NCBI GenBank assembly: GCA_951406725.2
Contig: OX597818.1
Location: 43,400,001-43,464,000 of the forward strand
DNA: 64,000 nucleotides
Direction: 5' to 3'
Source of the DNA: Octopus vulgaris
Taxonomy: Eukaryota
In this document: piece by piece, positions 1-12,582 of the stretch
Layout: each line of letters opens with the position of its first letter
Position numbering within the stretch: position 1 is the stretch's first letter
Made by a program: the position numbers and the translations under genes
Notes under the pieces: model-generated
Told to the model about the DNA's origin: nothing
The model's database searches: none
The model's input: only the letters and a program-made list of their open reading frames with translations

Positions 1-2434
1 ATGTTAATTGGATAGTAATGATTAAGTACTCAAGACCAATATTTCTAAAGAACAATGCTGTCCTTTTCCTCTTTCCAATGTTGATAACATCGACTAGTTT
101 TTTTACTAAAATTTGTGACCAGGTTTAAAGTTAAAAATCATCATCATCATCATCATTTAGTGTCTGCTTTCCATGCTGGCATGGGTTAGATGGTTTGACT
201 GGAGCTGGTAAGCCAGTGATTTGCACAAGGGTTTGTCTATTTTGGCTTGGTTTCTACAGCTGGATGCCCTTCCTAATGCCAACCACTCCACAGAGCATAT
301 TGGGTGTCTTTTACATGTCACTGGCATGGGTGCCTTTTACATGTGACTGGCACAGGTACCTCTCATGTGTCACTGGCACAGGTGCCTTTCATGTGTCCCT
401 GACAATGGCCGCAACTACAATTTCAGCCAGCTGGACATGTCTTCTCAAGCACAGCAAATCACTAATGGTCTCAGTTGATTGATATTGCTTCTGTGAGATA
501 CAGCATCTGAATTTCATATTTCACTACCTCATCCCATGTCTTCCTGGGTCTACCTCTTCTACAGGTTCCCTCCAGTTAGAAATTGGCACTTCTTTATGCA
601 GCTGTCCTCAAAACATTATTACAATATTATTACAGTTAATCAGCAAGTTCTGCTCAAAATTTCAGATATGTTTTTCTTTATTTTTTATTCATTAGTTTTA
701 TTATATGTTACAATAAAATAATGATCTTATCCAAATAATTTAATTAACAACAACTGTATGGTTCTGAGGTTTGCAACCTCATGGTTTCAGGTTCATTCCC
801 ACTGCACAGCACCTTGAGCAAGTGTCATCTACAACCAATGCTTTGTGATTGAAATTTGGTAGGTAGAAACTACCTAGAAGCCCATCATGTGTGTGTGTGT
901 GCGCGTGTGTGTGTGTGCATATGTGTGTGTCTTTGTATTTGCCTTTTCCCCACCCTTGTTTGACAACTACTGTTGGTTTGTTGACATCCCTGTAACAGTG
1001 GTTTAGCTTAGAGACCAACCAGAGTTTAAAAAATAAGTAGGGAGGTGGAGTTGAGGGTATTTGAGTGAACTCTTCAAGGGAGTCCCTCTCCAATATAATT
1101 GAAACAAGCAAAAGATAAAAGATAAAACATAGATAAAAAGATAAAAGAGAAATTTAGATAATAAAGAAAAAAATTCTTTTACACAACCTTGTTGGATTTT
1201 ATCATCAGCTCTTAGATTGCATTATTCTTTTCTTTTTTTTTACTTGGGTGGCAATTTTTTTTTATTAATGTGTATATTATTTTATCTCTATTTTATTAGT
1301 TGATGTGTTTTTTATCAATTATAAACTGATTTCCTATATTTTATCAAGTGTTAATATTTATAGTTAGCAAATTACAAATCCTTTTCTAGTGATTACAAGT
1401 TTACCAGAGTATTATTATATTTGCAGTCAATGAATAATATTCAGTTAACTGATTGACTGGGAATAAACTTTCAATGTTATTTTTCTATTCACTAATGTCT
1501 AGGAACTCACAATCATCATTTAACATGTTTTCCATGCTGGTATGGGTTGGACGATTTGACCAGAGCTGGCCAAGCCAGAGAGCTGCACCAGGCTCCAATT
1601 GTCTGTTTTAGCAAGGTTTCTATGACTGGCTGCCCTTCTTAACACCAGCCACTTTACAGAGTGGGTGTTTTTATGTGGCACTGGTACAGATGCTTTCTTC
1701 ATGACACCCACACAGGTGCTTTTTATGTGGTACCAGCATGGTACCACATAAAAAAGGTACCTAACATTAAAATATTTACTTAATATACCTAACACTAAAA
1801 TTTCATGTAGTACTGGCATGGGCGCATTTTACTTGGCACCGACACAAGTGCTTTTTATGTGGCACCTGCACAGGTGCTTTTTATATGGTACCAGCACTCA
1901 TGAGCTTGCAAGACAAGAACCTCTTAGCTGAGAGAGGGAGTGAAGTGGTAGAGGGTGCATAGCCATGAAGAACATGCCTGAATAATTAAATACATATTTT
2001 AAAGGAATTTAAAGGAGCAACTCTTTAGTCCAACCCATCCCACACAAATTTACAATACACACCAGCAGCATCCTTCTGAAGTTGATTCACATCTTCATTC
2101 TCAATTAATAATTACCAAATAGAGCCTCTATACATTCATCATCCTGCTCATCTTCATTGTCATTTTAACCTATTTTTCTATACTGTCATAAGTTGAATGG
2201 ATCTGAATTATAAGCATGTCAACAATCATATCCTAATCATCAATCCAAGTCTTCTTTGATCTACCTCTATTGCACATCTCAAAGTGCATACCAATCAACA
2301 ATATGGGCTTCTGACAATATGGGTTACCAATATTTTTTTATTATTCTGAAGAAGCAGGATTTTGTATTTTATTTACTACTTTTACTTGAAAGCTTTTAGA
2401 ATACTGGAGATTATCTCAAAATATCATGACATTA

Positions 2435-2731
2435 TTTTATTTATTTATGAGCCCTTTTCAAGCCTAGCCAGGCTCATGGGCCTGGTTTCCCGATTTCTGT
2501 GGCGTATGTGTTCCCCCTAGCTGGACGGGACGCCAGTCCATCGCAATGTTACTCACGAAACAGGAAGAAAGAGTGAGAGAAAGTTGGGGTGAAAGAGTAT
2601 AACAGGGGTCGCTACCACCCTCTGCTGGAGCCTCATGGAGCTTAAACACACAAAGACCTGTCTGGGAATCAAAAACACGATCCTCCGACCACGAGTCCGC
2701 TGCCCTAACCACTGGGCCATTGCATCTCCAC
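2435..2731 (-). mobile_element. tRNA-headed SINE with V-domain-like core
   Basis: 12-bp TSD ATCATGACATTA at 2423-2434 and 2732-2743. A/B-box head and core GCGATGGACTGGCGTCCCGTCCAG. Related copy at 62841-63096. Confidence 0.8.
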
Positions 2732-4699
2732 ATCATGACATTAAGCAGCTCAGAAATCTCTTTCTCCCTCTCTCTCTCTCTGAAAAACATGCCAAACTAT
2801 TGCAGCCCTGAGTTCTGCTTCCCACCATACTTATTTTTATGCTAGGTAAACTGGACCATTGTCCCCCACAGTACACATAAACATATATGTGGGTTACATC
2901 TTTGATTTTGTGAAATACAGTTACTTGTTCTTGTAGTCAGTCATTGCTTGACAACCGATGCTGGCATGTTTACGTCCTTGTAACTTAGCGGTTCGGCAAA
3001 AGATCCCGATAGAATAAGTACTAGGCTTACAAAGAATGAGTCCTGGGGTCTATTTGCTCGACTAAAGGTGGTGCTCCAGCATGTCCACAGTCAATTGACT
3101 GAAACAAGTAAAAGAGTAAAGAGTAATAGTATAGGTCCATGCCAAGCAAACCTTGTGAGTGGATTTGGTAGACAGAAACTGAAGGAAGTCCATCATATAT
3201 AATGTGTGTGTGTGTGTACGCACATGCGTGTGTATGACTGTTGTTGCGTATGCCCCAGCCCATCCAAAGTACCTTGGATCGCAGAATGGCCTGTTGAGCT
3301 TATCTTGGATTGTAGGGTAACTTGCTGTGCTTGAGGAGGCCTATTGAGTCAAGTATATCAACATCAAAATAAAAATCAAATGGAAATTGTAGTTGTGATA
3401 CCCATGTCAGTAGCACGTAAAAAGCACCATCAGAACACGGCCAATGCCAGCGCTACCTCGACTGGCTTCCATGCCAGTGGCACATAAAAAGCACCAACCG
3501 ACCGTGGCCAGTGCCAGCCTCCTCTGGCCCCTGTGCCGGTGGCACATAAAACCACCCACTACACTCATGGAATGGTTGGCATTAGGAAGAGCATCCAGCA
3601 GTAGAAACATTGCCAGATCAGACTGGAGCCTGGTGCAGCCTCCTGGCTTCCCAGACCCAGGTCGAACAGTCTAACCCATGCTAGCATGGAAAATGGACAT
3701 TAAACGATGATGATGATGATGATGATGGTAAAGTGGATAAAAAAAAAATTTAAATGAAAGATTTTTCAAGTATCATTAGACATACAATGGTCACTTTTGT
3801 ATTATTACAGTGCTATTGTAATATGAAATAAAGGATACAGAAATTATAGTAATGCTGAAGAGGAATTAAAGGTTTTAGCAGCTTTAAAGATATGAGAGAA
3901 AAAAAAATTCTTTATGAAAGTAGCAATATTTTATGAAAATGAAGGATGATAAGTGAGAATTTTATGGTGTGAGGGTCTTCAATTGTACATGTCCTGATGT
4001 AGAAATTATACAATTAACCACTGTAAGGAATGTTTAAGGAGTTTTAACAGGCTGAGCCCCCCACACATGCTTATAGGTATTGTGGTACTACAGGCCCAAC
4101 TCACCAAATGGTAAAAAAAAAAGTATGGTCAGAAGCAGAACACAGTGCTGCATCCAAATATTTAAAACTTCAACAGCTCGTCATTGCCCCAAAAATCAAT
4201 AGCTTGATGTCCAATTCTTATAGGGGTGAGGGGAAGAGGGAGACTGAGGCCTCTAAACTGGTTAATGTATTGATATCTGAGATAGTCTCTAGTATTCTGG
4301 ATGCCTTCTGTTAAAAGTGAAAGATAAAAATGTTGCTTTTCCAGATTTGGTAATCCACACTGGTACAAGACCATATGGTTGACTGGTACCTATTCTAGTG
4401 GCCTTGGGGAATGCAAATTTGGACTCAGTGGGGTCTGAACCTAGAACATGAAGACAAAATTTAATATTGCTACAGTAAAGGCTAATCTTTTACTGTTTGG
4501 AGTCTTACTATTATACTACAAAACGTTCCCTCATTTGACATAAGGCTAAATATTTATAGGGAAAGGAGTACAGTCAACTAAATTGAACGAAGTCTAAGAA
4601 AGATACTTATGGATCAAAGACGAAGACGTTTATTTGAATTCTGAATAGGAAGGGACATAATTACAGACAACAAAGCCTTTAGTCTTCTGAACATTTGTT

Positions 4700-6665
4700 T
4701 ATCTCTTTCTATTTCTCCAGAACAGTATTGTAAATCTAATAATATATTTATACAGATATATTTGAAAGAGAACAAGGCAGACTTTTTGTTCACTATTCAC
4801 AAAATGTCAAGTTAGCCAACAAATATATAACATAGTTGTAACACTAAGTTATAAATATCCATATATATATATGAAAAATGAATTAGTCATTTCGATTGTC
4901 TCACTATATAAATACTTAAGGGAGATAACTATTTTATTTTTCTTCGTTCGCGCCTGTGTAGAACAGTGAATGACAAAATATTGCGAGAATGGTGAAACAT
5001 GAATTTTATTATTAGAAAAACAGGGATAAACAAATAATATATTCCTACCCCACCAAATATTAGGATACAGCTTAGTCCATTATAAATTTTCTTTTTATTA
5101 GCTGTGTATACACTTTTCCAATATCACATGTACCTTTTCTAAAAATTGCCTTACAGTTGAAATTAAAAGATAGTATAGAAATCATAATAAAAACTGTTAT
5201 ATAAAAAAATTTTCCAAAGTATTTTGATGTCAAAAGATACCGTCAATGTGATGTCAGCTGAGATTATGTACACCAGAATAATACAGTTTACTTTCATATA
5301 CTTGTACACGCACACACACACACGCACTCACAAAAGAAAACAAACTTCAAAGCCTTTAGTCTGAAGAAAGCCAGATATTATACAAAGGTAATAATATACA
5401 GCAGGCATAACAAATATAAAGGCAGAAGTCAAAAGAGGAGTTAAGGGAATAAAACATTGCAATCATAAGGAAAAAGAGCTCAAGAATGTTTATCATCGTG
5501 TTAAAATTAACTAAATTATAAAAAAAAAGCATCTTGAATGCTTTTGCTTTTATAATTTACAATTGGAATTCCCAATGTTTTCCATAACTTCTTTATGTTG
5601 TCAGATTTTCCTTGTTATTAAAAATTTAGAGAACTCTATTTCCTATGAGGTTTTCCTAATTAATAAGAATGTAATGATACCAAACAAGCAGGAAAAAAAA
5701 AATCACCAAAAAATCAGAACTATTGTCTTAATCTAAAAATCTTTAACAATATTATATCCGCACAGCAATCTTTTAAAGTTTTGATGCAACTTCATTGAAG
5801 AAACAAATAAGTAAAAATCAATTAACTAGAGGTCTCAAGTTGGTCAGCCAACCACTTCAAGCATATGTTATGTTGATTGCTAATTTTGTGTTTTAACTGC
5901 AGAAGGCAAAATGCATATCTTATGAATTAAAATTGTTATTATTGGATAAAATGAAATAAAAAGGTAAAAATGCAGTAAAAACTGTCCATTCTTCACTCAA
6001 GAATGAAATGATAATACCACATCTTCTAGCCTTCCCTGTGCTAATGGAAAAAGAAAATTTGTTGGAAATATTTATTCTGGTTTCTGTTTAAAGTGTACAG
6101 AAAAACTATTTCACAAATGTGCCAAATATTTTCAAAGGAAAGTTTGAAAATTTCCTTTATATATGTGAAATGGGTTTTCAAACAGATTAAAAATGCATGG
6201 AATGTCCTCTTGGTATTGTAATGGACGATGGACATTTCAATGAGGGGTGTCTTATCTACAAAAATGTACAAATACTTGCTCTATAACATACATGTGTGTA
6301 TAGTTCGAAACAAACACATATACGACATTTAAAGTACACATACACACACATATATAATTTCCTTGACATTCACAAACAGGTAATTAAAAGAAGAGATATA
6401 AATATATTCTTGAATGCATGTGTATTTAAACACAGACTTGTACACACACAAATTATCTTAGAGAATCGGTTATTCCTTTTAAAACATCCATATGCAAAAT
6501 AACTTTTATCACAGGTTCGGTTCCACTTCATAGTCAGTGGTAGGTATTGATGGTCCAAATGAGTCCATTAGCTCTCACAGCAATAACTATTTCTTTTGTA
6601 TCAATCCAATAGAAGATTCTAAAGAAAATTTTCAAATTTCATTTACCCACTGCACAAAATTAATA
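4700..6665 (-). other. SPSB3: Probable SPSB3 3' UTR
   Basis: About 2 kb of AT-rich sequence almost free of interspersed repeats, directly after the stop. Several minus-strand AATAAA hexamers. The true end cannot be fixed from sequence. Confidence 0.4.
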
Positions 6666-7039
6666 TTAAGATGGTTCTGGCAATGAGTTAACAGGCCATA
6701 AGCAGCGCCTTTTCCGCCGATCATCATCTTCATAATATCCATAAGGAGATTGACATGGTCGTTTTGAACCAGCAGTTACAACATCTTTGACAGATAAACG
6801 ACAGGATTGCAGTAGCCAACCAACTTTGTCGTGGAGGAAAGTTCGCAAACCAGGAGGCAAATCTACAACTTCTAAAACATCCATGTGGCTTGGGATATGT
6901 GTGCGTAAGATTTGGCAACACATGAATTGAAGAGATGTTGGAAATGACTGACATCTGACCACTTTCATACCACTTCGAGCAGCTGTGGAGGATACAACTG
7001 GGTATAAGTTTTTTCCTTGAAGTCCTTTGTATGCAATAC
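6666..7039 (-). CDS. SPSB3: SPSB3 coding exon 4 (end of SPRY, SOCS box, basic tail, stop)
   Basis: Acceptor tag| at 7040, phase 1. Encodes GIAYKGLQGKNLYPVVSSTAARSGMKVVRCQSFPTSLQFMCCQILR...LPPGLRTFL (BC box SLQxxC and cullin-5 box LPxxL). TAA at 6666-6668. Spliced CDS is 1308 nt = 435 aa. Confidence 0.95.
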
Positions 7040-7309
7040 CTATAGATATAGAATTGCTTCATCTATTTAATCCAAACTTTAATTACAATACTTTAAAATC
7101 ATTTTAAAACAATTTCCCAATTAATCAAAAATTCATGCACAACCTCTTCAGAATGTGAAATAAAATAATGTTTCATACAGCTGGCCACATTCAGATAAAA
7201 TATATTTAGAATTGCTTCATCTATTTAATCCGAACTTTAATTTTCATTTACTGTGTAGTCAAATTAAACATGCATAAAGTTATACTCAATAATGATGACA
7301 TTTCATTAC

Positions 7310-7854
7310 TGAGGAGATCTCCTCGGTGACCAAAGGACAAATATACCAGGCTGTCGTTCGTACTATCCTCCTCTATGGTTGTGAAACATGGCCTATGAGG
7401 GTAGTTGATCAGTGAAGGCTGGAGATGTTCGACAATGATTGTCTCCGCCACATTCTTCGCTGCCAACGCATTGATCAGGTTCCTACAGCCGGTCTTCGTC
7501 ATCGCCTGAATCTCCGGCCCCTCCCTTCGGTGCTTGTACAGCAGCGCTTAAGGTGGTTTGGTCATGCAGCCTGGCGTCCAGAGGGTGAACTGATTCGCGA
7601 TATCCTCCTCCTACCTCCACTTCCCAGCTGGCGCAAACGCACGGGCGGGCAGCTGAAGACCTGGGCAACGACGATAAAGGAGGACCTCTCCGAACTCTCA
7701 GGTCCGCAGATGGTATCGCGAATGGCTCGCTATCTCCAGTGACCTCGCACAGGACCAGCGAGCATGGGCCACCATGGTTCGTGATGCCGTTAGGACCAGA
7801 GAAGAAGCCGGCTCAACCCGCCCTGGGTGAATGCCGTCACAAGTACAAGTAAGT
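7310..7854 (+). mobile_element. 5'-truncated RTE-clade LINE
   Basis: Encodes YQAVVRTILLYGCETW...*RLEMFDNDCLRHIL...RLRWFGH (RTE ORF C-terminus). CAAGTA-type tail. 12-bp TSD ACATTTCATTAC at 7298-7309 and 7855-7866. Confidence 0.9.
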
Positions 7855-9029
7855 ACATTTCATTACAAGCCTTCATTTTATTTTAGAATGAAATATGAAA
7901 ATGTAAAAGTCTTTCAAGAAAGGACTTAATTTTTGGACTGACAATTGCATTTTTCTGTAAAATACCACATATTTGTAAAACATATGTACAAATGTTTGAA
8001 CCTAATCACATGAACAAATATATGGCAGCAAATGACAAAAAGAAATTAAACTATCCAGAATGCACTGTTTGTTTTTTTAATGAAAAAGTAAGATTAACAC
8101 TTCAAGTAATTCCATTATCTTTTAAGAAAGATCCAGGTTTGCTAATTCAAGATTTGGTCAAACTTTTCAATTCCTCAGTATATAGATTTACATACTGAGT
8201 TCAAATTTTCACACAAGGTCAGCAATTTTAGGGAGAGGGTAAGTCAATTACATTGACCTCAGTGTTCAACTGGTACTTATTTTTTTCAATGCCAAAAGGA
8301 TGAACGACAAAGTTGACCTTGGTGGAATTTGAACTCAGAATCTAAAAATGGACAAAATACTGCTAAGCATTTTGCCAAGTGTGCTAATGATTCTGCCAGG
8401 TCACCACATTAGCTAACACTAAAATATTAGATTTACATATTAACTTTCTTTTTAACATAGTTTTTCTTGTTTTATGTTCACATACAAATGGCATTTTATT
8501 AAATTCCAACTCTGCAAGTGTTATGTAGAGAGAATATGTATCTTTGTAGATTTGTTTGTCAAAGAATACACTCAATCATTAAGGGATGTGTTCTTCCAAC
8601 ACATAACATTTTATTTATGTTTTTATTTCTGTGTTGATTTATTTGACAAATCCAGGTAACACTCACACACAAAAATAGTTACTCTAAGAAAAATAATCAT
8701 GCAAAAATTCCTTGAGGCTAGATGCAAGAACATTTCATTGAAAAGGCCTAAAAAAAAGTCAAAATCTGGCATTCTTGCTGGCTGTTGCTAGGGCGAATTT
8801 TGTCTCCCTCTAATATTTAGTACTTTCTTAACATAGCACATCTGTAAGAGGTGTTATTTCACGACAAATACCATAGTAACTAGCCTATTAATGATGTATA
8901 TACATGAACTATGATACACAGATGGCTATTTTAATCAAATATGACCTCAATTATATATACTGGATTCCAGCAACAATTTTATAAGCATCAATCATTCTAA
9001 CTATTTTCCATCCATTCTTTTATTCTTTT

Positions 9030-9426
9030 CTACTCAAGACACAAGGCCCGAAAATTTGGGGGGTGGGGGACAGTCGATTAGATCGACCCCAGTATGCAAC
9101 TGGTACTTAATTTATCGACCCCAAAAGGATGAAAGGCAAAGTTGACCTCGGCGGGAATTGAACTCAAAATGTAAAAACAGATGAAACACCTATTTCTTTA
9201 CTACCCAGAAGGGGCTAAACACAGAGGGGACAAACAAGGACAAACGGATTAAGTCGATTACATCGACCCCAGTGCGTAACTGGTACTTAATTTATTGACT
9301 CCGAAAGGATGAAAGGCAAAGTGAACCTCGGCGGAATTTGAACTCAGAACGTAACAGCAGGCGAAATACAGCTATGCATTTCGCCGCCTTTGATAAAATA
9401 CCACTAAGCATTTCGCCTGACGTCCC
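9030..9426 (-). mobile_element. Dimeric Meta-domain-type SINE
   Basis: Two tandem GCCTTTCATCCTTT(C/T)GG(G/A)GTC(G/A)ATAAATTAAGTACCAG cores with different tails. Flanking direct repeat TTTATTCTTTT at 9019 and 9427. Confidence 0.7.
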
Positions 9427-11099
9427 TTTATTCTTTTGTTAACAAAGTATTCCAATATCTAAGCAAACAAGAATTAAAGTGGAGACAACTCAATTGGTTC
9501 TTCTAAAATGTTCTATGACAGTTATACATGATTATCAGAAAGATCATCTACCTATAATGAAAACCAAGTCTGGAGTGATGCTTATTATATTAGGTAGTTA
9601 AGGGATCAGCTAACAGCTATTGTGTATCAGCTAGGATCCTAGAAGACCTTCATGAAATGTAAAACAAAGTCATTTTGTGGGGGTAAAAGGATATTAATGA
9701 TGAGCTAAAGGTAGATAAATCTCCCAGAGAGTTGCTCTTCTGTGTCACACAAAGTATATTTCTTGACCCAAATTACTTTGGTAAAACAAATGTATCACTC
9801 TTTATACCACTAATACCCTGATTACATCTCACACAATCCAACTGATGTCTTAGATTAGTGGTTCCTTGCCAAACCAGTCCAACATATAATAGTTTCAAAT
9901 TTTGGCACAACACCAACAATTTTAGGGGAGGGCATAAATCAATTACATTGACCCCAGTATTTGACTGGTATTTATTCTACTGACCTGAAAGGATGAAAGG
10001 CAAAGTCGACCTTAGTTGAATTTGAACTCAAATGTTGCTAAGCATTTTGTCTGATGTGTAATGATTCAGAATGTGAAATAAAACAATGTTTCATACAGCT
10101 GGCCATATTCAAATAAAATATATTTAGAATTGTTTCATCTATTTAATCCGAACTTTAATTTTCATTTACTTTGCGGTTAGTTAAAGATGCATAAAGTTAT
10201 ACTCAATAATGATGACATTTCATTACAAGCCTTCATTTTATTTTAGAATAAAATATGAAAATGTAAAAGTCTTTCAAGAAAGGACTCAATTTTTGGACTG
10301 ACAATTGCATTTTTCTGTAAAATACCACATATTTGTAAAACATGTACAAATGTTTGAACCTAATCACATGAACAAATATAAAAAGATCCTCTCTTGCCAC
10401 TTAGTCTCATACAAGAAATGTCATTTGACTGGGCTTTCTTAAACTCATATTACCTTAAGTCATACATGGCACAGGCTGTGATTATATCTCAGACACTCTT
10501 CATTCTGTTCATTAAGGAAATGCTGGCTATTACCATTATCTGTGTACACCTCTGTAGATTATACCACTGTCTACTAATTAATGATGTTTTTGGTTACAGC
10601 TTTCATCCACACACAAACCTAAACATTTCTCATTGGGTATGAATAAAATCTATTAATAGAAATTAAATTGTGATGGAGATATGAATAACTAATCTAATCC
10701 ATCAGTACCAAGTCATAGTCACTACACATACATCACAGCAATAAACCCTATTATTACTGAACAACAAACCGCTGAAAACTTTCAAAGGATAGTCTTCCAC
10801 TCCAGTTCCCAGGAACAATTTCTGAACCTGTACAAGGTACATGTGTGTCTCACATGAGAGCAATGTTCATATATCTGGTTCAAAGCAACTGCTGCATATA
10901 TAAACATCAAAGATTGACCTGACTGGTATGGAAATGTTGAGGCAGTAATAAGTAGCTCAATACCCAGTAATCTACTAGCCTGCCAACACAATGTCCTTTC
11001 TTCTTTTCTAAATCTTACAATAACTTCTTTCCCTCTGAGCTAGTACTTTGATAGTGATAACGGTGTTGATAAGGTGATGGTAGTGATAATCATGAATAA

Positions 11100-11832
11100 T
11101 CTACCCTTTACTCAGTTTACCTTCTACTCCCCAATCCTGTCCTCTTGGCCCTGTGCTACTGCATCACTGCTCTCCGCTAGTTTCCGACCTGTGTTCCACC
11201 CATGTCTCACTGTATCAGTGCGTATGGTATGCCAGATACTTTGCCACTATCTCTATCCTGCAGTCTCCCACTCTCTCTCTCCTTCTCCTGCACTTCCTTC
11301 AGGTTAGGTAACCATGTATTTCCTTTGTGACAGTGCACCTGTTTCTGTCTTCATTCCTGATCTCTCTCTCTCCGGCCAGGTAACCTTGTACCTCCTCTAC
11401 AGCAAGACACCTGTTCCTATCTCTCTGCCTCACTATAACCTATCATCATCCGACACAAGATCACCTCCTCCAATGCCCCCTCCCCTCTCAAAAGAGCTTT
11501 TTTCCTTTTTTTATTGTCTTGCAAGTACTTGGTGACCCTGTCAGTGCAGGTGCCACTTAAAAGCACCTAATCTACACTGAAAAGTGGTTGGCATTTGGAA
11601 GAGCAACCAGCTGTAAAAACCTTGCCAAAACTGACCTCGCCTGTGCTTGTGCCACACAAAAAGCACTAAGTCCACTCAGCTGAGTGGTTGGTGTTAGAAA
11701 GGGCATCCAGTTGTTAAAATCCTGCCAAAATAGTTACAGATGTCTGGTGCAGGCTTCTGCCTAGACAGCTCTTGTCAAACCGTCCCACCCATGCCAGCAT
11801 GGAAGGCAGACGTTAAACAATGATGATGATGA
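11100..11832 (+). mobile_element. 3' UTR fragment of ATG-tailed RTE-like LINE
   Basis: Largely colinear with about 49980-50560. Ends CATGCCAGCATGGAAGGCAGACGTTAAAC(A/G)ATGATG. Confidence 0.65.
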
Positions 11833-11853
11833 GCAAGAAAAACTGAAACCTAC

Positions 11854-12082
11854 CTAAAGGTCTTCTGTTTTTATAAAATGACATTGTTCCATGCCACATA
11901 TCAAGATGGACCCCAATGATATCTCCTTGGCCAAATTTAGATGTGTATAGTTCTTTCTGAGCCTTGTGATGCGTGACACCTGTGTAAGACAAACCCCAAC
12001 TGTCCTCGTCTCTACCCAGCAAGCTACAAAATGCATGACGATATTTGTCCAAGTCAATACTCTGTGTTCCAACTCCAACCAT
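11854..12082 (-). CDS. SPSB3: SPSB3 coding exon 3 (SPRY core)
   Basis: cag|ATG...G|gtaggt. Encodes [35 protein letters not shown]...[28 protein letters not shown]. Phase 0->1. Confidence 0.96.
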
Positions 12083-12363
12083 CTGAAAAGAAAAGTAACA
12101 ATTTTTATTAAAGACAATAGGACACAGAACAAGCTAATTTTAAACAGATATACAATTAATGAAAACATAAATAATAATAATAATAATGAAATTATTGTAT
12201 ACAGTGCTCAGGTGCACCACAATGCTCAGGTGCACCACATGCTTAGACAAGAATTCACTGTCTTTGCTATAGGAGAAACTGAATAAAATACTCCTCGTGT
12301 TGTATTACCTGCTCAGCTGATAAAAAAAATCTGGTATACGCACCTGGAACAGTATTTAATTCA

Positions 12364-12582
12364 CCCTTTAGCATTTAAACCAGCCATATTGAGCCCAAAT
12401 ATTCTACCCATTTTATGTTTAAATGGCTACATACACCCCTTCACACCTATCCTACCATGCTGTTCTAAAAATATACAATCACATTATCAAAATCTTCAAG
12501 CCTCACAATAATGCATGGTCAATTCAAAACAATGTATATAGATAAGCATTACATTTAGCAGAGTAATCTGAATACTAAAGGG
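12364..12582. mobile_element. piggyBac-type MITE
   Basis: CCCTTTAGCATT ... AATACTAAAGGG termini. TTAA on the right, TTCA on the left. Confidence 0.65.

Noticed and set aside
2640-2731. tRNA-like A/B boxes here and in other SINE heads
   Set aside because: These are SINE heads continuing into SINE bodies, not cloverleaf tRNA genes.
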